29,590 nt of DNA from Pseudomonadota bacterium (GCA_043804515.1 JAZDIZ010000128.1:1-29590); one strand, 5' to 3'; numbered from the stretch's first letter, positions 1-9,439 are shown. The notes: generated by a model from the sequence alone, not told the origin. Translations and numbers: made by a program.

Positions 1-105
1 CTTGTTGGGGTATGAGGCTTTAGGCCTCCAACGTTACAATTCCCAAGAGTCAGCTTGAGTGCAGTATTGCCGCCAATAATTCAATGTATTGACGCTCACG
101 GTAAT

Positions 106-432
106 TTACACAAACGATCGCGTGTGGACCGAACGTATGTCATCGACGTGCCACGTCGATGACATACGATTTATCAGAGGCATTACTGAATTTGAAAACA
201 TGGCCACATTGGAGAGATGAATGTCGGAGCAAGCCGGCTGCTTAACATCACAAGCTGGTGCGAGATCGAGATCTCCAATGCTTGTGCGTTGGCCAAGGTC
301 CGTAGTTTCAGTAAGAAGCACTCTTCCACTGCTCGCCGTTCCGACGAAAACACCCCTCTCGGTGTTCTGCGCAAGAGCGGCGTTAAATTCGAGCGTCAAG
401 AGAGCAATAGATAATCGGATCAAGACTTTCAT
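106..432 (-). CDS. Hypothetical secreted protein (short, possibly truncated)
   Basis: Signal-peptide-like N-terminus MKVLIRLSIALLTLEFNAALA; GGAG 5 nt before the ATG at 432; TTGACA...TGCTATAT promoter-like motif upstream; family not recognised. Confidence 0.45.
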   Translation of the reverse strand: MKVLIRLSIALLTLEFNAALAQNTERGVFVGTASSGRVLLTETTDLGQRTSIGDLDLAPACDVKQPACSDIHLSNVAMFSNSVMPLINRMSSTWHVDDIRSVHTRSFV

Positions 433-521
433 AGTCACTCCAGGTTCTGTTCAACAGCGGCCAACGCCGCCGAAGGCGCCATATAGCACGACGCGTCATT
501 TTTTGTCAATTTTACGGAGGC

Positions 522-571
522 GGGGGCAGACCCTTTGATTCCGCGTCCCGATTTTCGACCTCCGTCCCCAA
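522..571. repeat. REP-like unit, copy A
   Basis: Contains TTTTCGACCTCCGTCCC (552-568), identical to 1683-1699; ACCTCCGTCCCCAA (558-571) is the reverse complement of 20097-20110. Confidence 0.75.
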
Positions 572-640
572 ATTTAGGAATTAGGTAGGTGGGCCCCCAG
601 GCCTATTTAATCCAGCAAATACAATATAATAACAGTGCAT

Positions 641-669
641 TTGCACTAGTCTCAATTTCATGCTATTCT
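641..669 (+). promoter_or_regulatory. Sigma70-like promoter of the 680 operon
   Basis: TTGCAC-17 nt-TATTCT with extended -10 TG, 10 nt before ATG 680. Confidence 0.55.
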
Positions 670-679
670 CAAGATTGCG

Positions 680-1192
680 ATGAGCCAAGAACTGGTTTTC
701 AAGACGATCCTCGAAACCCTGGATCAGCTGATCGAAGTCGAGAATCAGCTGCGGCGCAAAGAAAGCGGCTTTGGATTTCCGAAGGCGCGGATCACCCTTG
801 TAGGGCAGTACGGCCTTCTCACCCATCCCGATCGCCCCCTCAAGAGACTCTCTTTGGTCGCGACGCTCGATGTGGACGCGTGGATTGATGCGAGCGAGTT
901 CGTCAAAACGGAGTTTAAGCGCCTTTTGGCCGACGCGGGACTTGAATACGACAACGACAGTGAGAAGGTTTGGATCCCGAAGGAATCCACATTCACGCCA
1001 ATCTTCTCGACTCTCCGCCTTGAGTGCGAAGTGCTCGATCCGGTCTATTCACTGGTTTCGAAAGCGATCAAAGCCAAGGAGAAAAATCGCATTCTGGTCC
1101 GGGACGCCCTTTCCGTTTATGGGAACGAGCTCCGCGATCTAATCAACAAACACGGCGGCGATTGTGACTATTTTGAAAAGAGAGCTTCCTGA
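680..1192 (+). CDS. Putative nucleotidyltransferase (DUF6036/AbiEii-like toxin)
   Basis: ITLVGQYGLL, ATLDVDAW (T-x-D-h-D) and LVSKAIKAKEKN follow the G..h / TxDxD / SK motif order of AbiEii-like NTases. Confidence 0.6.
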   Translation: MSQELVFKTILETLDQLIEVENQLRRKESGFGFPKARITLVGQYGLLTHPDRPLKRLSLVATLDVDAWIDASEFVKTEFKRLLADAGLEYDNDSEKVWIPKESTFTPIFSTLRLECEVLDPVYSLVSKAIKAKEKNRILVRDALSVYGNELRDLINKHGGDCDYFEKRAS

Positions 1193-1652
1193 CATTGCCC
1201 GAAAAGTCCTCGGGTTCTTGATCGCCAAAGGCCTTCTACGCGCGGAGGATATCCCACCGCTCCCCAACGCGAAGTTCAATGTGCGGGACGTTTTGTGGGT
1301 GGCCGAGCACGTAGAGCCTCGCGTTCTGGAAGTCTTTCCGGCCGCCTATCTCCATTTCCCCCGTGCGTTTTTGCGTCACAAGGACCTGCCTCCCGACCTC
1401 GTGCGGATCATCCAAACCGTTAAGCGTCAACAACCGAACGTGGCCGACTATCGAGGAATCCGTGTACGGGACATGATCCGCTGGGCAAACCGCGTTCTTC
1501 CTGATCGAAGAACCCGGCCCACGCGGGCAATCCGCCGGAACAAAACCCTTCGTCTCCGGCCGGAGGTGATTGCGCACCTCTCCTCTCTTGCCGTCCGGAC
1601 CGGAAAGACGGAGACGCGAGTCGTGGAAGAGTTGATTCTGGGGGAAAGCTAA
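1164..1652 (+). CDS. Hypothetical protein with C-terminal ribbon-helix-helix-like segment (putative antitoxin/regulator)
   Basis: Overlaps the upstream gene; C-terminus NKTLRLRPEVIAHLSSLAVRTGKTETRVVEELI has an RHH pattern. Confidence 0.55.
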   Translation: MTILKRELPDIARKVLGFLIAKGLLRAEDIPPLPNAKFNVRDVLWVAEHVEPRVLEVFPAAYLHFPRAFLRHKDLPPDLVRIIQTVKRQQPNVADYRGIRVRDMIRWANRVLPDRRTRPTRAIRRNKTLRLRPEVIAHLSSLAVRTGKTETRVVEELILGES

Positions 1653-1700
1653 GAGGGACGGACCTTGAGTTTCGCGCACAGCTTTTCGACCTCCGTCCCA
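1653..1700. repeat. REP-like unit, copy B (hairpin)
   Basis: GGGACGGA (1655-1662) pairs with TCCGTCCC (1692-1699); same 48-bp length as 522-569 with a 17-bp identical 3' part. Confidence 0.75.
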
Positions 1701-1850
1701 AGATAGATAACTATCCATAATTATTGCGGTTATTCCCAACGATTTGGGGTTGACGGAGGGGGGACGGACGTGATGATCTCGCACGCTTCGTGGCGGAAAC
1801 TCCCCGGAATTCCTTGGACCCTAACGCTCCCGTGAGAGAATGCGCGGCCT

Positions 1851-2270
1851 ATGAAATTTAGGAACACGAAATACCTGATCGGCGCGGTTTTTATTCTGCT
1901 GGGGATCGGCATCATCCTGGCCACCGCGCTTCCGAAATCGCTCCAATATTATGTGACGGTCGACGAACTGATGGCCAAGGAATCACAGTATCTGGGTAAA
2001 ACGCTGAAGGTGGCGGGTACCGTGGAACCGGGTTCGGTGGAACCGGGAGCGGATTCAATGACCCATCGGTTCCGTGTGGCGAACGCCGGGAAGATCGTTT
2101 CGGTCACGTTCCGGGGCGGTCTCCCCGACACGTTCAAAGAGGGAATCGACGTCGTGGTCACCGGGAAATACACCTCGGAAGGAACAATGGTGGCTACGGA
2201 AGTTCTCGCGAAATGCGCCTCCCGATACGAAGACCGCTTAAAGCGCGGATACCAACCCGAGTCGAAATAA
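1851..2270 (+). CDS. ccmE: Cytochrome c maturation heme chaperone CcmE (CxxxY variant)
   Basis: N-terminal TM, YYVTVDEL, LPDTFKEG, EVLAKCASRYE. Confidence 0.93.
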   Translation: MKFRNTKYLIGAVFILLGIGIILATALPKSLQYYVTVDELMAKESQYLGKTLKVAGTVEPGSVEPGADSMTHRFRVANAGKIVSVTFRGGLPDTFKEGIDVVVTGKYTSEGTMVATEVLAKCASRYEDRLKRGYQPESK

Positions 2271-2283
2271 GGAATCGTCAATC

Positions 2284-4281
2284 GTGCCGGAAACGCTCGG
2301 GACTGTTTTTTTGAATATCGCCCTGGTCGTTTCTTTTTACGGCATCCTCGCGTCCGCCATCGGCGGGCGGACCGGCCGTCGCGACCTCATCACAAGCTCC
2401 CGCAACGCCGTTTGGGGTGTCTCGGCGCTTGTTGTCGGAAGCTCCTCCCTCCTGGTCTATGCGTTTCTGACGGATCGCTACAGCCTGAAATACGTCTACG
2501 AATACTCCAACTCCACGATGCCTTCTTTTTACAAACTGGCGGCGTTCTGGGGCGGCCAGGAAGGTTCGATTCTGTTCTGGCTTCTGGTCCTCTGCGGTTA
2601 CGCGTCCGTGGCGATGGTCAGGATGCGGACGAGGAAAGAAGAGCTTCAGCCGTATATCATCACAACGCTCCTTACGATCGCCGCCTTCTTCCTCGTGGTC
2701 CTCCTCTTCGAAGCAAGTCCGTTCGAAACCATGCAATACCCGGTGCGGGACGGCCGCGGCCTGAATCCCCTGCTTCAGAACTTCTACATGATCATCCACC
2801 CTCCGGCCCTCTATCTGGGCTACGTGGGAATGAGCATTCCCTTCGCCTATGCGGTTTCGGCGCTCGTTACGGGGAAGCTGGACAACCGGTGGGTCCTGGC
2901 GATCCGCCGTTGGACACTCGTTGCCTGGTTCTTCCTGTCGGTCGGAAACCTGCTGGGAGCGCTGTGGGCCTACGAAGTTCTGGGTTGGGGAGGGTATTGG
3001 GCCTGGGACCCCGTGGAGAACGCCTCGTTCATCCCGTGGTTGACGGCCACAGCCTTGCTTCACTCCGCCATCGTCCAGGAGAAGCGGGGGATTCTGAAAG
3101 TCTGGAACATGTCGCTGGTCGTGGTTTCGTTCGTTCTCACGTTGTTCGGTACGTTTCTGACCCGGTCCGGGATCGTTTCTTCGGTCCATTCGTTCGCGAA
3201 GTCCAATATCGGGACGTACTTCCTCGTTTTCCTGGGCCTGTCCATCGCGGTTTCCGTGGGACTGATTCTGTTCCGCCTCAAAGAGTTGAAGAGCCGGACG
3301 GCACTCGATTCGTTCCTCTCCCGCGAGTCCGCCGTTCTTCTGAATAATCTGGTCCTGCTCGGCGGAGCGATCGCCGTCCTGTGGGGAACTATGTTCCCCG
3401 TGTTCTCGGAGCTCGTGCACGGTTCGAAGATCACGGTCGGTCCCCCGTTCTTCAATGCCGTCATGACGCCCATCGGTCTTCTTCTCCTTCTCTTGACGGG
3501 GATGGGACCCATGCTGGCGTGGCAACGCTCCACGCCTCTCCAACTCCGACGAAACTTCTTGACGCCGGCGGGGATCGCGGTCGCAGCGGCGGTTTTGGCC
3601 TGGATTTTCGTCTCGCATCAGGTGTACGTGATCCTCTCCTTCTCGCTGTGCGCTTTCGTCCTGGCCACGATCACGTTGGAATACAAACGGGGCATCGCAT
3701 TCCGCATCCGGACGGAGCGTGAAAATCCGGTCAAAGCTTTTATGGGTTTGGTGGGCAGCGACCGGCGCCGCTACGGCGGGTATGTGGTGCACCTGGGCAT
3801 CGTCCTGCTTTTTGTCGGCTTTACGGGTTCGGCGTTCAAGGTGGATGAGGAGATTGAGCTGAAGTCCGGCGAGAGAAGAGACGTGGGAAGATACGCGCTC
3901 CAATACGACAAACTCACGTCGGCATCGGACCGGCACAAGGACGAAGTGTTCGCGAACCTGGCTGTCTGGAAATCAGGCCAGCCGGCCGGCACGATGCGCC
4001 CTTCCCGCGTGTTTTTCCGGGGAGGGGCCGATGGTGAACCGCCGCAGCCCTACACGAATGTGGCGATCCGCCGTTCTCTGCGGGAGGATCTCTACCTCGC
4101 CCTTTTGAGTTTCGATCCAGATACGCGGACGGCGTTCGTGAAAGTGGTCGTCAGTCCCCTGGTGAATTTCATCTGGATCGGGGGCCTGATTCTGGTCCTG
4201 GGGACGGTCATCGTCATGCTTCCCGCCCGCCGGGAGCATGCCGTCGAGAGTACAGCCAAGGCTGCGGGGTCGGCGCCATGA
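2284..4281 (+). CDS. ccmF: Heme lyase CcmF
   Basis: WGGQEGS, LNPLLQ, IHPP, WGGYWAWDPVEN (WWD domain), SVHSFA; many TM helices. Confidence 0.96.
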   Translation: MPETLGTVFLNIALVVSFYGILASAIGGRTGRRDLITSSRNAVWGVSALVVGSSSLLVYAFLTDRYSLKYVYEYSNSTMPSFYKLAAFWGGQEGSILFWLLVLCGYASVAMVRMRTRKEELQPYIITTLLTIAAFFLVVLLFEASPFETMQYPVRDGRGLNPLLQNFYMIIHPPALYLGYVGMSIPFAYAVSALVTGKLDNRWVLAIRRWTLVAWFFLSVGNLLGALWAYEVLGWGGYWAWDPVENASFIPWLTATALLHSAIVQEKRGILKVWNMSLVVVSFVLTLFGTFLTRSGIVSSVHSFAKSNIGTYFLVFLGLSIAVSVGLILFRLKELKSRTALDSFLSRESAVLLNNLVLLGGAIAVLWGTMFPVFSELVHGSKITVGPPFFNAVMTPIGLLLLLLTGMGPMLAWQRSTPLQLRRNFLTPAGIAVAAAVLAWIFVSHQVYVILSFSLCAFVLATITLEYKRGIAFRIRTERENPVKAFMGLVGSDRRRYGGYVVHLGIVLLFVGFTGSAFKVDEEIELKSGERRDVGRYALQYDKLTSASDRHKDEVFANLAVWKSGQPAGTMRPSRVFFRGGADGEPPQPYTNVAIRRSLREDLYLALLSFDPDTRTAFVKVVVSPLVNFIWIGGLILVLGTVIVMLPARREHAVESTAKAAGSAP

Positions 4282-4748
4282 CGTTCCTGGTCGCCGGCTT
4301 GGTCGCGTTGGGGGTTGTCGCGTTGGTCGCATATCCTTTTTGGACGAGGGATCGGCTCGTGCGGCTGGCGGACGATGAACGTCCCAGCCTTCGGCTGGCG
4401 GAATTTCGGGCCGGAAAGGATTCCTCGGCGCAGGCCCTGCGGGAGTTGGAGTTCGACTTCGATACGGAAAAACTCTCGGAAGAGGATTACGACCTGATGC
4501 GTGCAAAGCACCGGGCCCTCGCTATCCAGGCCATGAAGGAACTGGAGCCGTTGGAGGCCGCCTGGAAGCTGGTGCAGGACGAACTGGACGCCCGCTTAAA
4601 CCAGGCTCTGGGCGTCTCATCGTCCCAAGAATTTCCCTCGATCCCCGGATTGAATTGCCCTGCGTGCGGCACGGGTTTCCTTCCCTCCGACCGCTTCTGC
4701 AGTCAATGCGGTCATGCGAGGGAGAAGGATGCGCATGAACGGGCCTAA
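4278..4748 (+). CDS. Ccm-associated membrane protein with C-terminal zinc ribbon (CcmI N-terminal-like)
   Basis: N-terminal TM, LRELEFDFDTEKLSEEDY, CPACG...FCSQCG; ATGA-coupled to ccmF. Confidence 0.75.
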   Translation: MTFLVAGLVALGVVALVAYPFWTRDRLVRLADDERPSLRLAEFRAGKDSSAQALRELEFDFDTEKLSEEDYDLMRAKHRALAIQAMKELEPLEAAWKLVQDELDARLNQALGVSSSQEFPSIPGLNCPACGTGFLPSDRFCSQCGHAREKDAHERA

Positions 4749-5898
4749 GTGTTTTGCGCTTTCCGTCCCGATGTCGGTTTTGTTGTGGGGCCCCCTCCTC
4801 GCGTCACTTGCGTTTGCCCAAGGCGGCGGCGCAATCCGGGGAACGGTTCTTCTTCGGGATACCGGTGCTCCAAAGCCTCTGGCCCGGACCACCGTGCAAC
4901 TCACGATATACAAGAACGACTTCCAGGTCGCAGCGGCGCGAACCCGGACGAATGTAAAGGGGAAATACGAATTCCGGGACCTCGATACGGGTTCCGAATA
5001 CGCGTACCAAGTCGCCGCCCGTCCGGATGGTGTCTCTTTCAAGTCGCCGCCACTCTGGTTCCGGGAAAAGAAAACCTTGGATGTATCGGATATCGTCGTC
5101 GCCCCTACGACGGGCAAACCGGACCACATCGAGGCCGAGGAACTCGTCGTCGTGGAGTTTGCGGCCCAAGGGCTTCTCAACATCAGCCATTCATTCACGT
5201 TTACCAACAAGGGCCGGACGGTCTACGACCCCCACGCCGAAGGAGGCGTTCCCATTGAAGTCTCACTTCCCGGCGGCGGGTTCGATCTTTCTTTGGGCGC
5301 GGGACTGAGCGGCGATTCCGCCGAGGTTCTTTCCGCCAAGAATGCGCTCGCACTTCGCGTGCAGGTACCGGCGAATCCCGACGTTCCGTACCGCGCCGAG
5401 TACGCGTATCGGATGCCGTACCGTTCACGCGCCCTCCCCCTTTCGTACGCGGTATCGGTTCCGGTCAGCCGCGTGTCGCTGGCTCTCGTGGGCCGCGATT
5501 TGGAAATTCAATCCGGCCTCCTCAAGTTCGAAGAAAGCCGGAAGAACGAAGGAAAAACTTATTACCTTTATGCCGCCGGCCCGCTGAAGGCGGGACAACC
5601 CCTCACGTTTTCACTGGAGGGCCTTCCCCTTTCAGGAGATTGGGAGCGGTGGGGGCTTCTTTCGGGATTGGCGGCCGCAGCGTTCGCGGCCGTATTTCTG
5701 GGCCTTCGGGCTTCCAAGAAACAAGACAAAACAAACTGGAACGCCGCAAAAGAGGATACATTCGGACGCATCGTGGACTTGGAGCGGCGGTTCCGGCGCG
5801 GCGAGCTCCAGCAGTCCGAATATGAACGGGAGCGACAGGCGTTGCAGGAGCTTTACTTCGATCTGGAAATGAACGCGAAGGCGGGCCACGCCGAATGA
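4735..5898 (+). CDS. Ccm-associated exported protein with carboxypeptidase-regulatory-like beta domain and C-terminal TM
   Basis: Signal peptide, RTNVKGKYEFRDL, TM near the C-terminus followed by IVDLERRFRRGELQQSEY; ATG 4735 follows GGAGAAGGA. Confidence 0.7.
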   Translation: MNGPKCFALSVPMSVLLWGPLLASLAFAQGGGAIRGTVLLRDTGAPKPLARTTVQLTIYKNDFQVAAARTRTNVKGKYEFRDLDTGSEYAYQVAARPDGVSFKSPPLWFREKKTLDVSDIVVAPTTGKPDHIEAEELVVVEFAAQGLLNISHSFTFTNKGRTVYDPHAEGGVPIEVSLPGGGFDLSLGAGLSGDSAEVLSAKNALALRVQVPANPDVPYRAEYAYRMPYRSRALPLSYAVSVPVSRVSLALVGRDLEIQSGLLKFEESRKNEGKTYYLYAAGPLKAGQPLTFSLEGLPLSGDWERWGLLSGLAAAAFAAVFLGLRASKKQDKTNWNAAKEDTFGRIVDLERRFRRGELQQSEYERERQALQELYFDLEMNAKAGHAE

Positions 5899-6533
5899 GC
5901 CCCGCGGTTCTTCAAGCCGAAAACGTATGCCGTGTTTTCGGCGCCCGTTACGTCCTCCGGGATCTGAATTTTTCCGTGCAGTCCGGCGAAGCCGTGTCCG
6001 TCACCGGCGATAACGGCGCCGGAAAGACGACGCTCTTGCGTATCGCCACCACGCTGCTCACCCCTTCCTCGGGACGCGTGACGCTGTTCGACAGCGATGC
6101 TGAAGATACTTTGCCGGAAATTCGGAGGCGGATCGGCGCGTTGTTCGCCGACACCCATTTCTACGTCGACCTGAGCGTCTGCGAGAATCTGAGGCTTTAC
6201 GCGAACCTCCACCACATCGACCACCGCGATGCCGTGATTTCCACGTGGCTTACGCGCTTCGGGATGGAGGCGCACTTGGACTCCCCCGTCCGGACTCTGT
6301 CACGCGGGGAACGCCAACGGGCAGGCCTGATCCGGTCGTTGCTTCATCGGCCGACCTTCGTCATATGGGATGAGCCTACCACCGGGCTGGACACTCGGGG
6401 ACGCGAGATCGTGAATGACGTGGCCCGCGAACTCAAGGGAGCGACCACGTTCCTCGTAGCTACGCATGACCCCGCGGCACTCGCGGGCTGGACCGACCGG
6501 GCCCTCCGCCTGGAAAGGGGTCGCCTCCAATGA
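5895..6533 (+). CDS. ccmA: Heme ABC exporter ATP-binding protein CcmA
   Basis: GDNGAGKTT, LSRGERQR, IWDEP, ATH; position in the ccm operon. Confidence 0.9.
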   Translation: MSPAVLQAENVCRVFGARYVLRDLNFSVQSGEAVSVTGDNGAGKTTLLRIATTLLTPSSGRVTLFDSDAEDTLPEIRRRIGALFADTHFYVDLSVCENLRLYANLHHIDHRDAVISTWLTRFGMEAHLDSPVRTLSRGERQRAGLIRSLLHRPTFVIWDEPTTGLDTRGREIVNDVARELKGATTFLVATHDPAALAGWTDRALRLERGRLQ

Positions 6534-7204
6534 GGCGCTTTCTTTCCGACGTTCTCACGTTGGCCGGAAAGGATCTCAGAATCGAGATCCGGTCGAAAGA
6601 AGGAATATTCTCGACGCTTTTGTTCGTGATCCTCGTTTTGTTCATTTTCAATTTCGGATTCGGGACGCAGCCGGATGTCGTCCGCCAGGCCGCACCGGGA
6701 ATCCTTTGGATCGTGATCGCGCTCTCCGGCACGATCGCCCTTTCGCATCTCTCCCACCGCGAAGTGAACGACGGCGTTCAGGAAGGGCTGCTCCTCACCG
6801 GACTGGGAGGGAGCACTCTCTTCTTTGCAAAATTCACCGCCGCCATGGTCTTCCTCTCGTTGATCGAGGCCGTGGCGATCCCGTTATTCCTGGTTTTCTA
6901 CAATTTCCCGGCTGCGGGTTGGCTCCCGCCCTTCCTGGTCATCCTGGTTTTGGGGACGGTCGGGTACGCGGCTGTAGGGACGCTTCTGGCGACGCTGCTC
7001 AGCCGGTCCCGGCTCAAGGATCTCCTTCTCCCCGTCGTCTTCTACCCCATCATCATTCCCTGGTTCATCGTGGCCGTAAAAGCCACGGCGGCGGCCATGG
7101 ATGGGGAGCCGCTTCCGCACGTTTCTTTTTTCCTGGGGTTTGACATCATATTCGTCACGGCGTCGGCCCTGCTGTTCGATTTCATTCTGGAGGATGCGAG
7201 TTGA
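6530..7204 (+). CDS. ccmB: Heme exporter permease CcmB
   Basis: KDLRIEIRSKE, APGILW, LLLPVVFYPIIIP; about 6 TM helices. Confidence 0.92.
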   Translation: MRRFLSDVLTLAGKDLRIEIRSKEGIFSTLLFVILVLFIFNFGFGTQPDVVRQAAPGILWIVIALSGTIALSHLSHREVNDGVQEGLLLTGLGGSTLFFAKFTAAMVFLSLIEAVAIPLFLVFYNFPAAGWLPPFLVILVLGTVGYAAVGTLLATLLSRSRLKDLLLPVVFYPIIIPWFIVAVKATAAAMDGEPLPHVSFFLGFDIIFVTASALLFDFILEDAS

Positions 7205-7848
7205 AATTGAGTCGAATCACTTCGATCCTGTTTCTGGGCGCTCTCGCCGTGATCTTTTTTTACGCCCCGATCGAAAAAGAACAGGGCGTGGTGCAAAAGA
7301 TTTTCTACATTCATGTCTCCTCGGCGATCACGATGTATCTGGGTTACGGCATTGCCTTTCTGGCGGCGCTCATGTTTCTCCTGGGAAAAAGCAGGATCTG
7401 GGATGAAGTGGCCGTTTCGGCCGCCGAAGTCGGGTTCTTCCTGAACACGGCGGTTCTGCTCACGGGCCCGTTCTGGGCCAAAGCAACTTGGGGGGCCTGG
7501 TGGGTGTGGGACCCGAGGATCACGTCCACGGCCTTGATGTGGCTTTTGTACGCCGCATATTTGGTAATGCGGAGTTATCTCGCGACGGACACGCGCGGTC
7601 GTACGATCACTTCCGTCCTGCTCGTCGTCGATCTTCTGGTCGTGCCCTTGGTTCATTTCTCGGTAAAACTGTGGCGGGGCATGCATCCGCCGCAGGGGAT
7701 CCTGACGCCCCGCATGCTGGTCACGATGGCCGTAACCATCGTGGCGGTGCTTCTCTTGGGTGCAACGCTGTTCCGGGCTCGCTTCCGCCTGGAGCGTTCC
7801 CGTACACTTTTGGAATCAGTTCAACTCAAAGCTTCGGAGAACTCATGA
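7201..7848 (+). CDS. ccmC: Heme exporter CcmC
   Basis: IFYIHV, TGPFWAKATWGAWWVWDPR, WRGMHP. Confidence 0.94.
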   Translation: MKLSRITSILFLGALAVIFFYAPIEKEQGVVQKIFYIHVSSAITMYLGYGIAFLAALMFLLGKSRIWDEVAVSAAEVGFFLNTAVLLTGPFWAKATWGAWWVWDPRITSTALMWLLYAAYLVMRSYLATDTRGRTITSVLLVVDLLVVPLVHFSVKLWRGMHPPQGILTPRMLVTMAVTIVAVLLLGATLFRARFRLERSRTLLESVQLKASENS

Positions 7849-7970
7849 GTTACCTTGTCGCCGCCTATTTCGTCTTCTGGCTAGCCACTTTTTTCTATGT
7901 GTTCACTCTGGAGCACAGGCAAAAGCAAGTGCTGGCGCAGTTGAAGCGCTGCCTCGAGCCGAAATCGTAA
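7845..7970 (+). CDS. ccmD: CcmD family small membrane protein (41 aa)
   Basis: MSYLVAAYFVFWLATFFYVFTLEHRQKQVL: Y...AY hydrophobic helix plus basic tail; ATGA overlap with ccmC; GGAG RBS. Confidence 0.8.
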   Translation: MSYLVAAYFVFWLATFFYVFTLEHRQKQVLAQLKRCLEPKS

Positions 7971-7982
7971 ACATTCCGGTTT

Positions 7983-8006
7983 CGAAATTCGTACGTGTCC
8001 CCAATT
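7983..8006. repeat. 24-bp inverted repeat, left copy
   Basis: CGAAATTCGTACGTGTCCCCAATT matches the reverse complement of 9399-9422 at 23/24 positions. Confidence 0.85.
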
Positions 8007-8069
8007 AAAAGGAAATAGAATCGACTACTTAGCGCCACTTGTAAAATAGCGCGTGGCGTCATATATAGC

Positions 8070-9392
8070 GTGGCCATGAATCCGGCCCATCGAGCGTTTC
8101 CTTTCACCTTGATCAGTTTGCTCACGTTCCTGGCGTCCCCCGCCTGGAGTGTCTCGGATCCCGAGAACGTTCCCGGCGTCACGTTTCCGGTCGAAATTCA
8201 GGATCTATGGAGTCCCGATCGCGTGAAAGCGAACGTCAGCGGGTCCCTTGAAATCCGAAATGGCAAAGACGGACGGACGTACCCCGTTCGGATCGATTGG
8301 GACAGAATTCCGGTGGCGCCCGCAGATAAAATCGAAACGGCGGTTCAAAACGGACTCGTCGCTTTCGCCCTGCAGCGGCAATTGGCCGTCCTCAACAATC
8401 TCCTGGAGATGTTTTATGCCGTCTCCGGTATCTACAACGACGCCAGATTATCCGTTCCTTTTGATTCGATCCGGATCACGGCCGATAAAGGGATCGGCCC
8501 GCAGGCTTGGATCGAGTCCGTGGGCCCGAATAGGGAGCTGGTCGTGCAGCTTCGAATTGACCCCACATCCAGACTCATGGTCATGGCTCCGCCTTTCGGC
8601 CCGGCAAAGGTCCGGGTCTTTCGAAGCGACGGTCTCTACGGATTGGATGTTCGGGACTTCCTCAAATACGAGCCCGAGGCCTTCTTTGTATTGAGGCCCA
8701 TGACCAGTGCCGACCTGGCGAACACGTTGATACCCAGGGATCTCGCGAGGCACACACAGAACAAGCCGATCAACGGTCTTCTTGAAGAGAGCGCAGCTAC
8801 GGAAGATGAGCTTCGCGCGCGCTTGGGAGCGGAGGTCTATCGGGCCAGGTCAGGATCCGAAGGAATCCATTTCTGCTCCCGGCAAGGTCGTGACATCACG
8901 TTCCAGCCGATCGTTTACTCACGCGGGGAGGAGGACCGAGTCGCGACAATGCAGAAGATAATCCTGCAAAAAGCGCTGAGCAGGCTCAGCCCCGAAGAGC
9001 AATTAATCGTCCGGATACTGGTCCAAGATAACATTGATGTTCGGACCGCCGTCGACGGACCCCGATTGCGGAATATGCCTCTACTCCAATGCCGCGGCGA
9101 TTCCCTGACCGGAAAACTCGTTCTCTTGGCGACCGTACCGACTCAGGAACGCAGGTCCCCCACGAATCTTCGCGAAGACCTGTGGGCAAAACACATTGAG
9201 CGGAAAAACCGGCGCGTTGATCCCGACGGGTTCGTGGCCCGGTTCATCTCTGAAGAAACCCTGGCGAGTTTCTTCCGGGATTTCGCCCGTGGGGCGAAAC
9301 AGTATGTTGCACTCCACGATTGGACCAACAGAACGGGGACATTCTGGACATCGTATATGTCAGCCCGTGACAGTTCCGGCACCGCGGAATGA
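8070..9392 (+). CDS. Hypothetical secreted protein (440 aa)
   Basis: Long ORF; signal peptide ...LISLLTFLASPAWS; start GTG 8070 or ATG 8076; family not recognised. Confidence 0.75.
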   Translation: MAMNPAHRAFPFTLISLLTFLASPAWSVSDPENVPGVTFPVEIQDLWSPDRVKANVSGSLEIRNGKDGRTYPVRIDWDRIPVAPADKIETAVQNGLVAFALQRQLAVLNNLLEMFYAVSGIYNDARLSVPFDSIRITADKGIGPQAWIESVGPNRELVVQLRIDPTSRLMVMAPPFGPAKVRVFRSDGLYGLDVRDFLKYEPEAFFVLRPMTSADLANTLIPRDLARHTQNKPINGLLEESAATEDELRARLGAEVYRARSGSEGIHFCSRQGRDITFQPIVYSRGEEDRVATMQKIILQKALSRLSPEEQLIVRILVQDNIDVRTAVDGPRLRNMPLLQCRGDSLTGKLVLLATVPTQERRSPTNLREDLWAKHIERKNRRVDPDGFVARFISEETLASFFRDFARGAKQYVALHDWTNRTGTFWTSYMSARDSSGTAE

Positions 9393-9398
9393 CGGGAA

Positions 9399-9434
9399 AA
9401 TTGGGGACACGTACCAATTTCGGCCTCTGTCCCC
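9399..9434. repeat. 24-bp inverted repeat, right copy, inside a GGGGACA...TGTCCCC hairpin
   Basis: AATTGGGGACACGTACCAATTTCG (9399-9422); GGGGACA 9403-9409 pairs with TGTCCCC 9428-9434. Confidence 0.85.
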
Positions 9435-9439
9435 TGATT

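Noticed and set aside
2278..3936. 552-aa antisense ORF, and similar ones (11622-14057, 26273-27739)
   Set aside because: Shadow frames of well-supported GC-rich genes on the opposite strand
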